In this document: positions 1 to 12,163 of the stretch, in pieces
How the letters are laid out: every line of letters begins with the position of its first letter
Position numbering within the stretch: position 1 is the stretch's first letter
Assembly: GCA_950097015.1 (NCBI GenBank)
Contig: CATNEN010000009.1
Location: 186,001 to 250,000, forward strand
DNA from: Macrostomum hystrix
Lineage: Eukaryota > Animalia > Platyhelminthes
Direction: 5' to 3'
DNA length: 64,000 nt
Made by a program: the position numbers and the translations under genes
The notes under the pieces: generated by a model
Told to the model about the DNA's origin: nothing
Seen by the model: only the letters and a program-made list of their open reading frames with translations
Database searches by the model: none

Positions 1-203
1 GTATTACGAGCGTATGATTCTTAGGCGTCTTAGTCGCTTTTCGAAGTATCATGCATGTAAAATAGGTCACACGAGGTCATACTCGAGGTCATATGTCATA
101 CTCGTACACATCAAAGTTTTGACTTGTACAAATGGCAGCAATTACTTATTTGTTATATTTTTCCGTATACACGCAAACCTAAAACGTATTGCTGTAAGTA
201 TAG

Positions 204-1328
204 CTATATAATATAGTCTTTGTGACCACCCTGCACGATGGGGATCAGGACCCCGTCGCTGATGGATGTGTGGCTATATCCATCTCGATGGCCCTTAGTT
301 ACGAGAGGATTCTGTTTGGGATCTTGCCATGAGAGATATATAGTTCGATGAACCATAAAAGAACCAAGCAACTCTACAAAGGCAGCTGTCGATACTGTCC
401 AATGACAAGAGTTTTTCTCAAGATCTGCAATTACAAGGCTTGGATACGCGCTGCAGACCTGCGTAATTGTTGTTGTAAGCGTTTGAAAAGCGCTTACATC
501 GATGTATTGAAAAAATTTTAAAAAAATATATTGAAAATACCGAATAGTCAACGTCAAACCTGCTGGCTGCACGTTTTCTCGTGGGAGCAGTCATAGCTCT
601 GAAATTTCCGTCAGAGCATAGGATCAAGGCTACCGAAAATGTGCACTTCGGGAAATTGACTCAGGACAAGTCGAACTGGGTGTGCTTATAGAAACTTGAG
701 ACCTTGGTGCGAGAGGCAAACACATTAGACCTCTCTGCCACTCACCTAAGCCTGAAAATCACGCTTGAGACCTTGGTGCGAGAGGCAAACATATTAGACC
801 TCTCTGCCACTCACCTAAGCCTGAAAATCACGCTTGAGACCTTGGTGCGAGAGGCAAACACATTGGACCTCTCTGCCACTCACCTAAGCCTGAAAATCAC
901 GCTTGAGACCTTGGTGCGAGAGGCAAACACATTAGACCTCTCTGCCACTCACCCAAGCCTGAAAATCACGCTTGAGACCTTGGTGCGAGAGGCAAACACA
1001 TTAGACCTCTCTGCCACTCACCCAAGCCTGAAAATCACGCTTGAGACCTTGGTGCGAGAGGCAAACATATTAGACCTCTCTGCCACTCACCCAAGCCTGA
1101 AAATCACGCTTGAGACCTTGGTGCGAGAGGCAAACACATTAGACCTCTCTGCCACTCACCCAAGCCTGAAAATCACGCTTGAGACCTTGGTGCGAGAGGC
1201 AAACACATTGGACCTCTCTGCCACTCACCCAAGCCTGAAAATCACGCTTGAGACCTTGGTGCGAGAGGCAAACACATTAGACTGCTCTGCCACTCACCCC
1301 CTCTAGTCAGCGACTTGGTTGGCAACGT
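204..1328 (-). CDS. Putative 3' exons of an uncharacterised gene (exons 1328-1298, 629-541, 458-204)
   Basis: Canonical donors (GGGG|gtgagt at 1297, TCG|gtattt at 540) and acceptors (ttttcggtag|, ttacgcag|) join in the only open phase: TLPTKSLTRG-ALILCSDGNFRAMTAPTRKRAASRFDVDYS-VCSAYPSLVIADLEKNSCHW...GGHKDYII*. No family recognised, no start found. Confidence 0.3.
695..1298. repeat. 69-bp minisatellite, about 9 copies
   Basis: Unit cttgagaccttggtgcgagaggcaaacacattagacctctctgccactcacccaagcctgaaaatcacg recurs at 695, 764, 833 and so on. The 200-aa ORF 704-1306 is its translation, not a gene. Confidence 0.97.
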
Positions 1329-1811
1329 CTAATTGATCTCTCCTTATATTTTTTCTATAATGCCTGAGCGCATTCTTCTTATTGAGAGCCATGCAGGCAG
1401 ACAAGAAACAGTTAAGAAGAATAAAGAAATAGCAAATGTACCATCCTGCCAAGGAAAGGGCCTGCTAACTCAACCCGTTTTGACTCAAGCCCGCGATGAC
1501 TGGCCTCAGTAAAGGGCTGTAGCAGTCTGCGCATTCATTGGGGCCGGCATAATGAAAATACGAGTTTACTAGTCAGCGCTGCAGGCTGGTCTCAAGCATC
1601 ATGGGCACGAGACCAGCGGCTTTTAATCGTGTTGACTGACCCTAAATGGACACCCAACTAGACACGTGCACGTGGCCCACCCCACCCAGAGCAGAGAGAC
1701 CAGGCATTCAACGCTGCAATAAAACAGCCATGCAGCTGCCGCATCGCATATGAGGCAGCGATAAAGTAAACAAGCTTGAGCTAGTTACCCGAATTTGCAC
1801 TCCGAAAAATA

Positions 1812-2276
1812 ATGGCTTCAAGAATTTGCTCAAACCCGTGGCTGCCCACCCTGTGCTTGTTGTTAGTTTCCGCCGTGGTGCTGGCTGAGTCTCATGAGGC
1901 CGAGTTTGGTGATTCTCAAAGTGAGTTAAGCGTTTAGTTTTACTGGCCTGCTCATTTATAATTGTCGTTTGTTTTCATTTCAGATTGGGTGGCACTGGGC
2001 GCGGAAGCTCCGCTTGAAGAGTTCGATAGTGAAGGTCAAGAAGATAATGGAGAAAACGATGCTGAGAATTTCGATGAGGAACTGGATGATGAAGAAAACG
2101 ATGTGGAGACAAAAAAGTAAGTTGATGCTATTCGTATATAGGCAAAGTAGTTTGTAAGTATCTATATCAAAGACGGCTTCTGGTTAATGCCTAATACACT
2201 TTTCACCATTCATAATATTTTACACTTCAGCTGCAGCTGGGTTCCCAAGTTCAGGAAATACATATGCGACTACTGA
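1812..2276 (+). CDS. Secreted peptide precursor, 95 aa: signal peptide, acidic propeptide, C-terminal Cys-looped 15-mer (exons 1812-1920, 1984-2116, 2231-2276)
   Basis: Sequence MASRICSNPWLPTLCLLLVSAVVLA-ESHEAEFGDSQ|NWVALGAEAPLEEFDSEGQEDNGENDAENFDEELDDEENDVETK|NCSWVPKFRKYICDY*. Strong splice sites (gtgagt, tttcag, gtaagt, cttcag) in compatible phases 1 and 2. AATAAA near 2436. Confidence 0.85.
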
Positions 2277-4668
2277 TCATGCTGTCTGCGGCTGTCTGAC
2301 CCCGGTCACTGGAAGCAAAAAACTTCATCATAAGACTTACTCCAAATTCATAAACGCAGCTACTATCACTTTAATGCATACGATTACATTGCTTTCCTAT
2401 ACAAAATGCGTGTTTATGATGCAGCTTTGAACAAAATAAATTGGTGGCTTCAAATTATTAATGAACAATGAGGATCAGAATATTGAAATACAACTTACCC
2501 ATTGCAGCGAACCATTCTATGTGCTTTTTTGAACTGCTACATGTAATTTTGCTTGAAAAATGTTCAGAGTGAGACTAAAGCTATTATTTTAATGTAAAAA
2601 CTGATGAGAAAACAAAGGAGAGGAACTGATTCAGGCCTAAATGATATACATAGCTAAATATTAACTATTGGACTGCTATACCGTGGTATAGCAATGATAA
2701 CTGAAAATATGAGGCGAATGAGCAGGCAGTTGGGTAGAAAAGGTAGCTCATGCCACAAAAGTACAATATTGGAAAGCTCACTACAGTGCTAAGAATAGAG
2801 AGTAGCAATTAGCTTTAGGGAATAACATGGATTGTAATAACTAGTGCTAATCAGACATTTATTAAAGCTCAAATTAAATCTTAGCAATAATACTAATAAA
2901 ATAAAAAAAAAATAAAAAAAAAATAATAATAATAATAACTGTAACAATATTAATTGCAGGAGGGCTGTAGGAATGGCAAACCAGTTCGTGACAGTAGAAC
3001 CCAGCCTGCGAGGAAGCAATTCTGCTCATTTCGGCTACTCCTGAGCACACACTCACACATACCGTACAGGCCCACACAGGTGAGTACATGGCATTGACTT
3101 TCTCATCATCAGGCAGAGTACACTTTCACTGTGCCCTGGAGGTTGGTTCCCAAGGGCGTAAATTGCACGAAAAGTTCCCAAGGGCCCTAACCCTCTCTTT
3201 GCGGCTGCGCTTCAACTGAATGTGGCCTTCTAAGTGAGAACTAAAAAGCTAATCAATGAGAACTACATTTAAAGAGCTAATCAATGCACATTAGAACTAT
3301 TTTATTTAAGAGTTGATAAGTGAGAACTAAAGAGGTAATTAGGAGTTTTGTTTTTCGATAAGAAGGCAAAAATATAAAGAGGTCAATGATGCGATTCGAA
3401 GAGCTACATGTAAATAATGCTCCTTCAAGACAAGAGCTGCAGTAAACAAGCTCAGGAGCGAGAATAGAGCTGCATTAGAGTTAGAGCTAATTAGAAGCAC
3501 AGGTCGAAGTACTGAACAGTTTTGGACAAATGAATCGGCACTTTTACATTTTTAATCATTGGGCACTTGAGCATCGTAGAGCTGTTTTCTTCTTCGAGCG
3601 CGATTGCTCTCAGCGCATTGTACATATTGTCAATATATAATTTCACAACTCCCACTTCCCCAAGAAGTTCAAGCCGAGGTTTTACACGCGAATAAATCCA
3701 AGAGCTCCCGCAGCCTTATATCGGTGAGAGCGCAGCACAGGAAGGTCTCTTTTTAATCTTTGTAGACAGGAGCATTAAAACTGCTAAATTCTTAGCTCTG
3801 CTGAAGCATGCATGTATTTTAAGCCAAGAAATCTGGGTGAGGCTGGCAAGCGGTCTTGGCGGGCTGCGCCATGTGGCTCACAAGTTGCAAAAGCCATAGA
3901 AAGCTGGCCACTTTCCCTTTACAATGTATGAAAGTAAGATTAGTGAGCAGACAATTTTGGTGTCTTAACTACATAATCGTTATTACAGGAGCTTATCAAG
4001 CGGCCTTTAATAATCTCAGCGTCATAGTGTTGAAAAATTACAAATAGAAAGCATCTGTATTCTACATAAAGTAATCACGGATTCTGGATTCTACCTTCAT
4101 AACAATAGTCTAACAACCGGCACGAAAATACACACTTTAAATGGGTTAACGACATAGAAAATAATGCTAATAATCTCATGCACAGCAGCTTGACTCTGCA
4201 CAAGGGAATTTAAGAAATACAACTCGAGTAGGACATGCAAATTAAGCACAGCTAGTCTATCAGTTTCAGCAATGAACAGCATGGAAATTACAAGAATTCA
4301 ATGCGCGCAGAATGCTTTCAGGCGCGCAGTTACCAGGCACCGATGAAACGGCAATAGTTAATGAAAAGCGGCAAGAAGAGTTGTTTAAGCCATGAATATC
4401 AAGTCAATCTGGTACAAAAAATTACAGCTCTCTGATGAGATTATGGTAATGGACACGAATGAGATTGTGGGATGAGAGAAAAAGTACAAAATATCGACGA
4501 GAAGATATAGACGAAGCAGCAATAATTCCACTAAAACATTGAAGCACTTTTCTGATCTTAAAATCGTTTAACAGCGAGCAGGACACACATTATGTGGTAA
4601 GTGGATCGGTTAAGAAGCTGGGGAAGGGTGTCTGATGTTAATGCGTGAATTAAATAAATAAGCGTAAC

Positions 4669-7600
4669 TCATTCTCCACAACCCCTCTCGTGTTTGTCCT
4701 TCTCATGCTCGGTGACAAAGTCCTGGCCGCACTTGGCACAATGCACTATACTGCCCGGATGCTTGCGCAAGTAGTGAGCTTTAAGTGTGCAGTTCTGCGC
4801 TGTTGAGTAGTCACAGTCGCGACACTTGTATGGCCGCTCGCCAGTGTGTTTACGGATGTGCACGGTGAGGTGGCTCTTCTCGACTGTTGTGTACTCGCAG
4901 GTGGGACACTTGTGCGGCTTTGAGAGGCTGTGTTGCGACATCACGTGCTTGCGAAGGTGAATGTTCTGCCGATAGATTTTTGAGCACTGGGTGCACCTGT
5001 ATTGAGAGAAAAGTAAACCTGGAGGTGAGTCTGAACCTTGGAGTCTACGATTATGCTAACCCCGATCGGAAGTCATGGGTTCTACTTTGCACAGACTGAG
5101 CTGCTGAATCGCAGGAATTAAACGCTGCCACTGCTTTGTGCTCAGGCTTTTAACTCGTCAGTACCATCTGATATTGGTTCAGTCACACTACTTGCAGCAG
5201 TACATCAGAAATAGTACTGCTTTTTTAGCATCGCTGTTGCACAACAATTACTCGTAAATTTTTGCTCACGAAAATGCGACGTCTCGATAATTCTGGATTT
5301 TGGCTTCAACTTTAGCAAAGTACTTCGTAGGATATTACAAGTAGAAAGACCACACTATTCCCCCGTATATTTCAAACACCAACTGCCTAGCTCCCAAACC
5401 GAAAGACCGATTTTTGGAAAAGCTCACAGTATGGATAAGCCTCGATGGCGAATTCATATTGGTTGATTAATATAAAATGTAACTATATGATCAATACATA
5501 TAAACAATAATTGCCGAAATGGTTTTGTTAGCAGAAAAAATAGGCATAGACTTTTAGTGGTTTTTGCCACCAGACACCCCGACGAGAACCGTTGAATATC
5601 TCGACAATGCGATGTTTTGGGGTTCGGCAAGCTCGGATAGAACGGAAAATTTTTGCTCGTGTTCTGGATTTTGTGGCGATTGGTTGAATATATTCGGAGA
5701 TAGAGAAAAAAACAAAACATGTGGGCATTGGAAATACAAGTGCAAGACTCTCTCACCTGTACTTTAGTTCCTTCACCTTCTTCAGCTTTTTTGGGGACCG
5801 GTGACTGATTGGCGCAAGTTGCAGATGCTGCGGCTCCTGCTCAAGATGAATCTGCTGATGCAGCTGAGCTGGATGCTGCGAATGTACATCGTGCGGCAGG
5901 GAGACGTGGCTCGAGTGTGACGAGGCAACAACTGTGCCAGCGTTGGTGAGTAGTTCCTGAGACATGTACAGCGGCTGCGGCTGAGGCTGCTGGTTCAGCA
6001 GGTGCTGCTGCTGCGGCTCCTGTGGGGTGGAGTTTCTAATTCAGATCTAGACTCACATAACAGAACAACAAGTAGTTCAAATATCTGTGAATCTAACCAA
6101 AAATGAAAGGCGGAAGTTGATAAGCAATAAATTATGACAGTAAAGCATATACTCGTATATGGCCTCTGAATCTATTACCCAATAGGAGCAAAGATTATTA
6201 AACCTCAGCTTACCTGCTGCTGAGAGAACACGGGATAGGCAGGTGTAGCCGCCAGATGAGTAGAGTCCGTTTCCATTCCTCCAGTCAGAGCTGCCGAGAA
6301 TCCACCTTCGCTACTATCGCCGAACTGCACGCAGTGGTTTGACGTAAAGTACATCGCCGACTCATCGCCAGGCGGTGGCGTCTGCACTATGGGGGCAGAA
6401 GAAGTGGCCGCAGTCACCATGGAGTCAGTCAGCGGCCCGCCGACGGATTGGGCTACGCGGCTTACGGTTTGAATAGCCTTGCAGGGTGCCGCGGCGCCTG
6501 TTGGGTGCCGGAGGTTAGTTTGTGCTTCCTCCCCAGTCTCGGCCAGTAGAGAGGGCACCTCTGCGCCGTCCAGTAGCATGTCGACATCAAAGTCTAGTGT
6601 CACAACAAAGTCCGTCTGGCTGCTCGTACTGTGAACGGACCTGCAGACGGAATTCCGGAAAGTTCTATTTGTGATTCCAAAGGTGAAGTCAGTAAAGAAA
6701 ATATTTGTGTCAGATTATTTAAGAGGTTAGCAATAACTACGCAATATGGGTTCGAGGAAAGTAATATTGCGTCCAGCCAAAAACATTGCGGTCATACTAC
6801 AAACCCTTAGCAAGAAAATTTTTATCGTAAGCTTCTATCTCGCAGTGTAAACTTCTGCGCTAAAGTGTTAAAGGCGTTAAGCGCTTGAATCAAGATAAAG
6901 TCTGGCTCGATATTGCAGCGGGCAGTTTTGAAGCACCAGCTTCAAAATTCGTGCCGATGAAGTATATTGGTATCGGTTCCAATACCATACGGTATACCAA
7001 TCGTGATATTGGCATATTAATGCTCTCGCAATATACGAGTAGCATGCTTGTTGCAGTCACTTTGGATATTCTGTGATACCCTTGCAAGGTGCGAGACGCA
7101 AGCTGGAATTGGCGGTGTGTATGTTTGCTGCAACAAGCTGGCCTACCTAGAGTGCAGATCAAGTAAGGCAGCTGGCATATTTTTCTAATTACATTTTTAG
7201 AGAAACCAAGACTAGCCACAAAGAAAGCACAAAGAAAGATTTGAATCGAAAAAGAATTTAACTTGCGTGCGAGTTTCCATGAAGTTTGGATTAATAATAA
7301 TGTCTTTGCTTCCACTTCCAATTCAATCAGCTAATAGCAAATTAGGATTAGGGGGGATACATTTTTAATAATTCGAAAGAGGAAACATCAATCTTCAATT
7401 ACGCCGCCTGCTTACCTGGGACCCGGCGTCGCTACCTTCTGGCAACAGCTGGGCGAGCACTCGATCTTCACTGCAGCGCAGCATAGGGGCGGTGGTGGAG
7501 GTAGCGACACATAACCCGAGGACGTTGTAGCCTGTGTCTGCTGCGGCGTCTGCGGCGTCGGTGGCTGCCCCGACGGTGACTGGCGAGCGGACGAAGCTGG

Positions 7601-8152
7601 AGCACTGGTGCACGCAGGGCTGGCGTCGCCGACACTAAGACTACCACCAGCGCAGTCCGTGTCACCGTCGTCAGGTCGGAGCGCCAACAGCCGACGCTTC
7701 TTCGGAACTGCGAGACAGCAAGGTGGTGGTTGACGCGGCTTGCCCGCTGGACAGCCCTCCACAGGGCAGCAGCCGGCGCTGGCACTAACAGTGAGGCAGC
7801 AGTCTGCTGTGATGCGCTCGTCTACACCGTCGCATGGGCAGACCTGGCGTTTTAGACCCGAGCCACTGGTCTGCGTGCTGGCCTCTGAGTGGCCGCTATT
7901 GGCAGCAGCCTGTGACGCTGGCAGCATCAGCGTGCGCACCAACGACATACAGTGATCGAATTGTAGGTGCTGCAGTAGCGACCAGGGCGTGCGGCAACGT
8001 CTGCTGCACTTAGAACACTCCAGCATCGACTCAGCTGGTCCAGTGCCACTATAGCGGACATGACAGCTGGAGATTTTGTGGTCCAGGAATCGATGAAAGT
8101 CCATCACTTCAAACTCAGCATGACAGGCCCCGCAAGACAGATAGTCGGGCAT
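4669..8152 (-). CDS. BCL11/ZNF296-like zinc-finger transcription factor, about 584 aa (exons 8152-7416, 6640-6214, 6019-5757, 4996-4669)
   Basis: N-terminal C2HC finger DYLSCGACHAEF...FLDHKISSC and C2H2 finger CSKC...WSLLQHLQFDH resemble the BCL11 N-terminus. Four C-terminal fingers include LTVHIRKHTGERPYKCRDCDYSTAQ. All junction phases are consistent, and the last junction rebuilds KYR|CTQC. The start codon could lie further upstream. Confidence 0.85.
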
Positions 8153-11100
8153 CCTGTACACTTCTCCTTGCGTGTATGCGTTGGCCTTCACTGGGCTGCT
8201 ACACTTTTCGCTCTCGCTCTGCAGTGTGGCCTCTGTTCTGCCCTATCCTTCCAGTCCTATATTATTAGCACGTAACGGAGACGGCTTAAAAAGCCAGGCC
8301 GGAGAGTTGGGTAGAGGCGGTCATTTGAATTTTACACTGTACAAAACACTAACACCCTCTACGCAGAGGTCTGGAGTGTGAGAGAGAGCGTGGACGGGCA
8401 GGATGGACCTTCGACCCTCCGCTTAAGCTTTCGAAAGCCAGGCTATGTACATGCGTTCTTCCGTCCTTCCCCGAAGCTCTCTCCACATAGAGGAGACAGA
8501 CAGAGCGCGCGCTGTCTGTATCTTAATCACTCCCAGCGCTCTCCTCCACGCTGCCTTCCCCCAGCATAGTGTGCACACCCACCCTTGTGCTTTCGTTTCA
8601 CTTTACTTGCAGCAGACTGCAAGCTGCATTCCAACTACGCGCTTGCTGGCCTTTGACGGGTAGCAATATTTGAGTCATCTGTAGTAGGGATTCGAACGGC
8701 TGGGTAAAATATTACAGTGGTACTCTGCTGAAGCCAGTCCCAAGTGGCCTTCACTGAGTGCAGTTATACACTACTGACAAATAGTTTTCTTAATAAAGCT
8801 TTCACGTTGTACATTCAATATCGTTTTGGATTGCTAGCTACATTTATTTGCAATTTATTTTCTTTATTTAATGAACGAATGAATCGCAAATCAATTTTGG
8901 GTGACAAAGATTTCAATGCGGCTTCTTTAAGTGACATCGTGAATTAGATTTCTGGCTTTCGCGAAAAGCATGAACAAAGATCTTGAAATTATTAAAGCTC
9001 CTGAGAGGGGACAGGAGCATGCAGCTTTCTTCCTGCACCGAAGACGATTCGACCAGGGCTCTTGAGCTTCAGAATGACAGGACGTCGCATTCCTCCAAGA
9101 TCATCTCAAATTACACAGGATGGGGAAGACTTCCATCCGCTATTACCAGCCATTAATTGTCCCATTGTGCCATGATCTACTCCACGGTCCATGGACTGAA
9201 CAGCTGTCCATTGCACTTGGAAGCGCCGCATGATAGTTGCGGGTGTCACTGGCTGGGTCATATGAGCCGAAGAATACACCATTCTGCGTATTGCTATTGC
9301 CAGAAACCACTGTATTTTGCTATAGGAACCCGCTCTGCTTTATCGGCTACGCACTTTGTGTATTTAAACAATCAGCACGCATTCTATCTTGATCAGTACT
9401 ACCAGCAATACTAATAGTAATAATAATAATAGTTGATTACACCTGCCTCAATCGGGCCGGATTTACAGCCGACAGCATAGCTGCAACTTTTGCGCTGTGA
9501 ATCTGAAGTCTGTGTCTATGGACTGCGGGGCGCCACACCCACCCTCAGTTACTGCAGCTAATGCTGGTACCGAATAATCAGCTGGTTTAATTAAACCCAG
9601 CCTAAACTAAGCCTTACTAAAAAGGACACGAATTATTGCAGTGGAGTAGTGAATTGAACCCGTGTGTCCGACACTCTAAAGCCTTAGGCTACAACGCCCT
9701 ACGCTCCTACCAATACGAGTAGCAGTGCTTCAGCGCCCAATACTGCCTCAGCGCCCTACGTTTATTGAAGGTATTTGAAACAGTTTTTGTGTTTGCCTTT
9801 GTCCGAAAACCTTTCGTACAGCGGCGTCCAGTAAAGCAGCGACTAAATAAGATTTAATAGGAACGATTTTTATGACAGCAGCGCCTCATGCAGTTTTCAG
9901 CTTAAGCCTCGTGCTTTTTCAAATCGAGAGGCAAAGTTTGTGCCATGATTTTCACTGCTTCGTCTGAACTTCTGAAGTTCTGAACTTCTGAAGTCTGAAC
10001 TTCTGAAGTGCAAATAGAGTCGCAACGAAAATAGCGCAGTTTTTGGGCCAAAACCAGCTTCCCATTATAGTTGAGACTGAATAGTAGTTGAGGAGCTTGC
10101 CCTTCACTAAACCTCAGTGCGCTAACTGAGCTTCCCAAAAATGAGCCAGCTCGGAAGTGCAAATGTATTGACTAGCACATTTGGTAATTAAATGCTAAAA
10201 CCATATACATTCGCACACAAGCCTAAATGTTGGTGGAAAAATAGATTCGCAAAAGATTTACCGAAAAAAGCTCTAAAGTCGGCAGAATAATTATTTTTGC
10301 ATACTGTGAGATGTACGTACGCTTCGTATACGTAAAATATTTAACTCACTTTTGTGTTTAAAACTAACTGAGGGATACGTAAGCCTTTTATTACTGGCCC
10401 CTTGATCGTACGAGTACAACGCTTCGTCCCTTACTATCCTAGTAGGGCATTGTGCATGCCACCTTCCTCAGTTCGAATAAGTATTGAAGAGAAGGAAGTG
10501 AGGTGATTGCCTTCATACTACTCGTATATACAAATTTATTGGTGCAATATTAAGATCGGATTCTCAAAAAGTTTCTTGATGAAAATAAAATAAGTTCTGC
10601 CCAGGAGCCAAAATCTGCCTTCAATGTGCTCAAAAAAGTATGTTGTTTCTGATTCTGAAAGAATCGCTTGTTTCTGAAGCGAAAAAGCATTAAATCCACT
10701 TCAGATTTCAATGCTCAATTAATTTAATCGTACTTCAAATTTATTTAGTCTCCTTATCCTTCTCCCTAGCATGGTTGTCTTCGTGAGTTACGGCTTCCAA
10801 TAAACAAAAAAATCGGCCTCAAAGCGATGGTCAGAAGCCAGCTCATTCGCTGATTTCACTCAGCTCGTTTGGCTTTGAACTGGATGGGCTCTAAATCAAA
10901 TCATTAAATCATCAAATCACTGAATAACAAGAAATTTCGCATTGTCGTGAGACTGTCTTGTGTAGTAGAATTGTGAGAGGCATTTATCAAACACCAGCAT
11001 AATAGTGATATTTCTATAAAATGCATTAATTATTTCTTGTCTAGGTATTGAAAAAGTTCCGAGAACTTTCCTGGGCTAGGAAATACTAGTTCTCTATATC

Positions 11101-12163
11101 TAGTTATGTCCTTGCTGGGCCTATACCTGTTCAATGTTTCCCTAATTTGACAGTCGCTTACTCATACCAAAAAAAGAAGTTAGCTCCAGGGTTGTGACTG
11201 GCTGCGTACTTAGCCCATATTATAGCATGTACAGTTAGCTGCGTTTGTAGGGTAGAGCAGTGAGTGCAGGGAATATAGGTAGAGGAACGGCTCCCCAAAC
11301 CAGAATTTCCTTCCCTTATGAGCACTAGACGGACTCCTCTCAATATAAATATCCTACTATTCTTACAGCCCTGCTGACAAGCACAAAGAATAAAGCGAGC
11401 TCACCCATTCAGTCAGAGGAGCAGCTGCAACCCAACACACGAATCGGTGAGCATATAACATTTTCTGGATCTTTACCTCAAGACTTTAAAGCTTTACTCT
11501 TTTTAGCCTGTTCTTGTTACTGGATTGCTACTGGATATACTGTAGCTGCAGATTTATAATACTTATTGCCTTGTAATTGTTCCATTCTAAATGTTCCATT
11601 CCCTTAAAAAAAGTCTGACACATGCCAGACTGCTCTCTACACAATTCGCTAGTCCTTGTCTCACAATTTATCACTTTCCTAAAGAAATCGCAACCCAGAT
11701 GATAAAGGGTCTGAGTAGTGTTGTAAATGAACAAAAACTAGCCAGCCTGTTTGGTAGAGGAAAATCTCAATGCCAAGTCGGCTCATCACTTTCATATTTA
11801 TGCATTAGATTGCGATCGGTATTCTGTCACCAGTGTGCATCTGATGTGTTTAGTCACGAAGTACGCACGCACTAATATTGAACAGCGACACAACAAGTAG
11901 CTATAGGGCTTCCCGTGAAAGTAATGATTTCGCACTCAGCCCAAAGTGCTGAAAAAGGCACCCCGTTTCTCGCACCTTATGGGCATGTACCTGTATTCAG
12001 AAGCTGCCTGATAAAATGAGTGAACGCAGTGTACACCCTGCGTTAATGGCTGCAAAACTTAGCAATAAAAAATGCTCAGCTTGCCTGATGATTAGTTAAT
12101 TGATGAAACACCAATTGCAGACTCAAGCGAGATCGACCAAGAAAGCTCACTGAAATCTAGAAA

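Noticed and set aside
2950-3190. Possible small plus-strand exons around a 32-nt gtgagt...catcag intron
   Set aside because: No start, no recognisable product, and competing splice-like sites on the minus strand.
7468-7955. Overlapping alternative-frame ORFs inside GC-rich exons (also 22758-23849 and 27855-28255)
   Set aside because: Expected shadows of GC-rich coding sequence, with no independent signals.
8686-8775. Second tRNA-like sequence on the minus strand (gttcgaatcc)
   Set aside because: The T-stem does not pair and no anticodon arm is evident.
9640-9705. tRNA-like sequence on the minus strand (tagcctaagg ... gggttcaattc)
   Set aside because: A- and B-box-like motifs are present but I could not fold a cloverleaf. 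At most a decayed SINE head.
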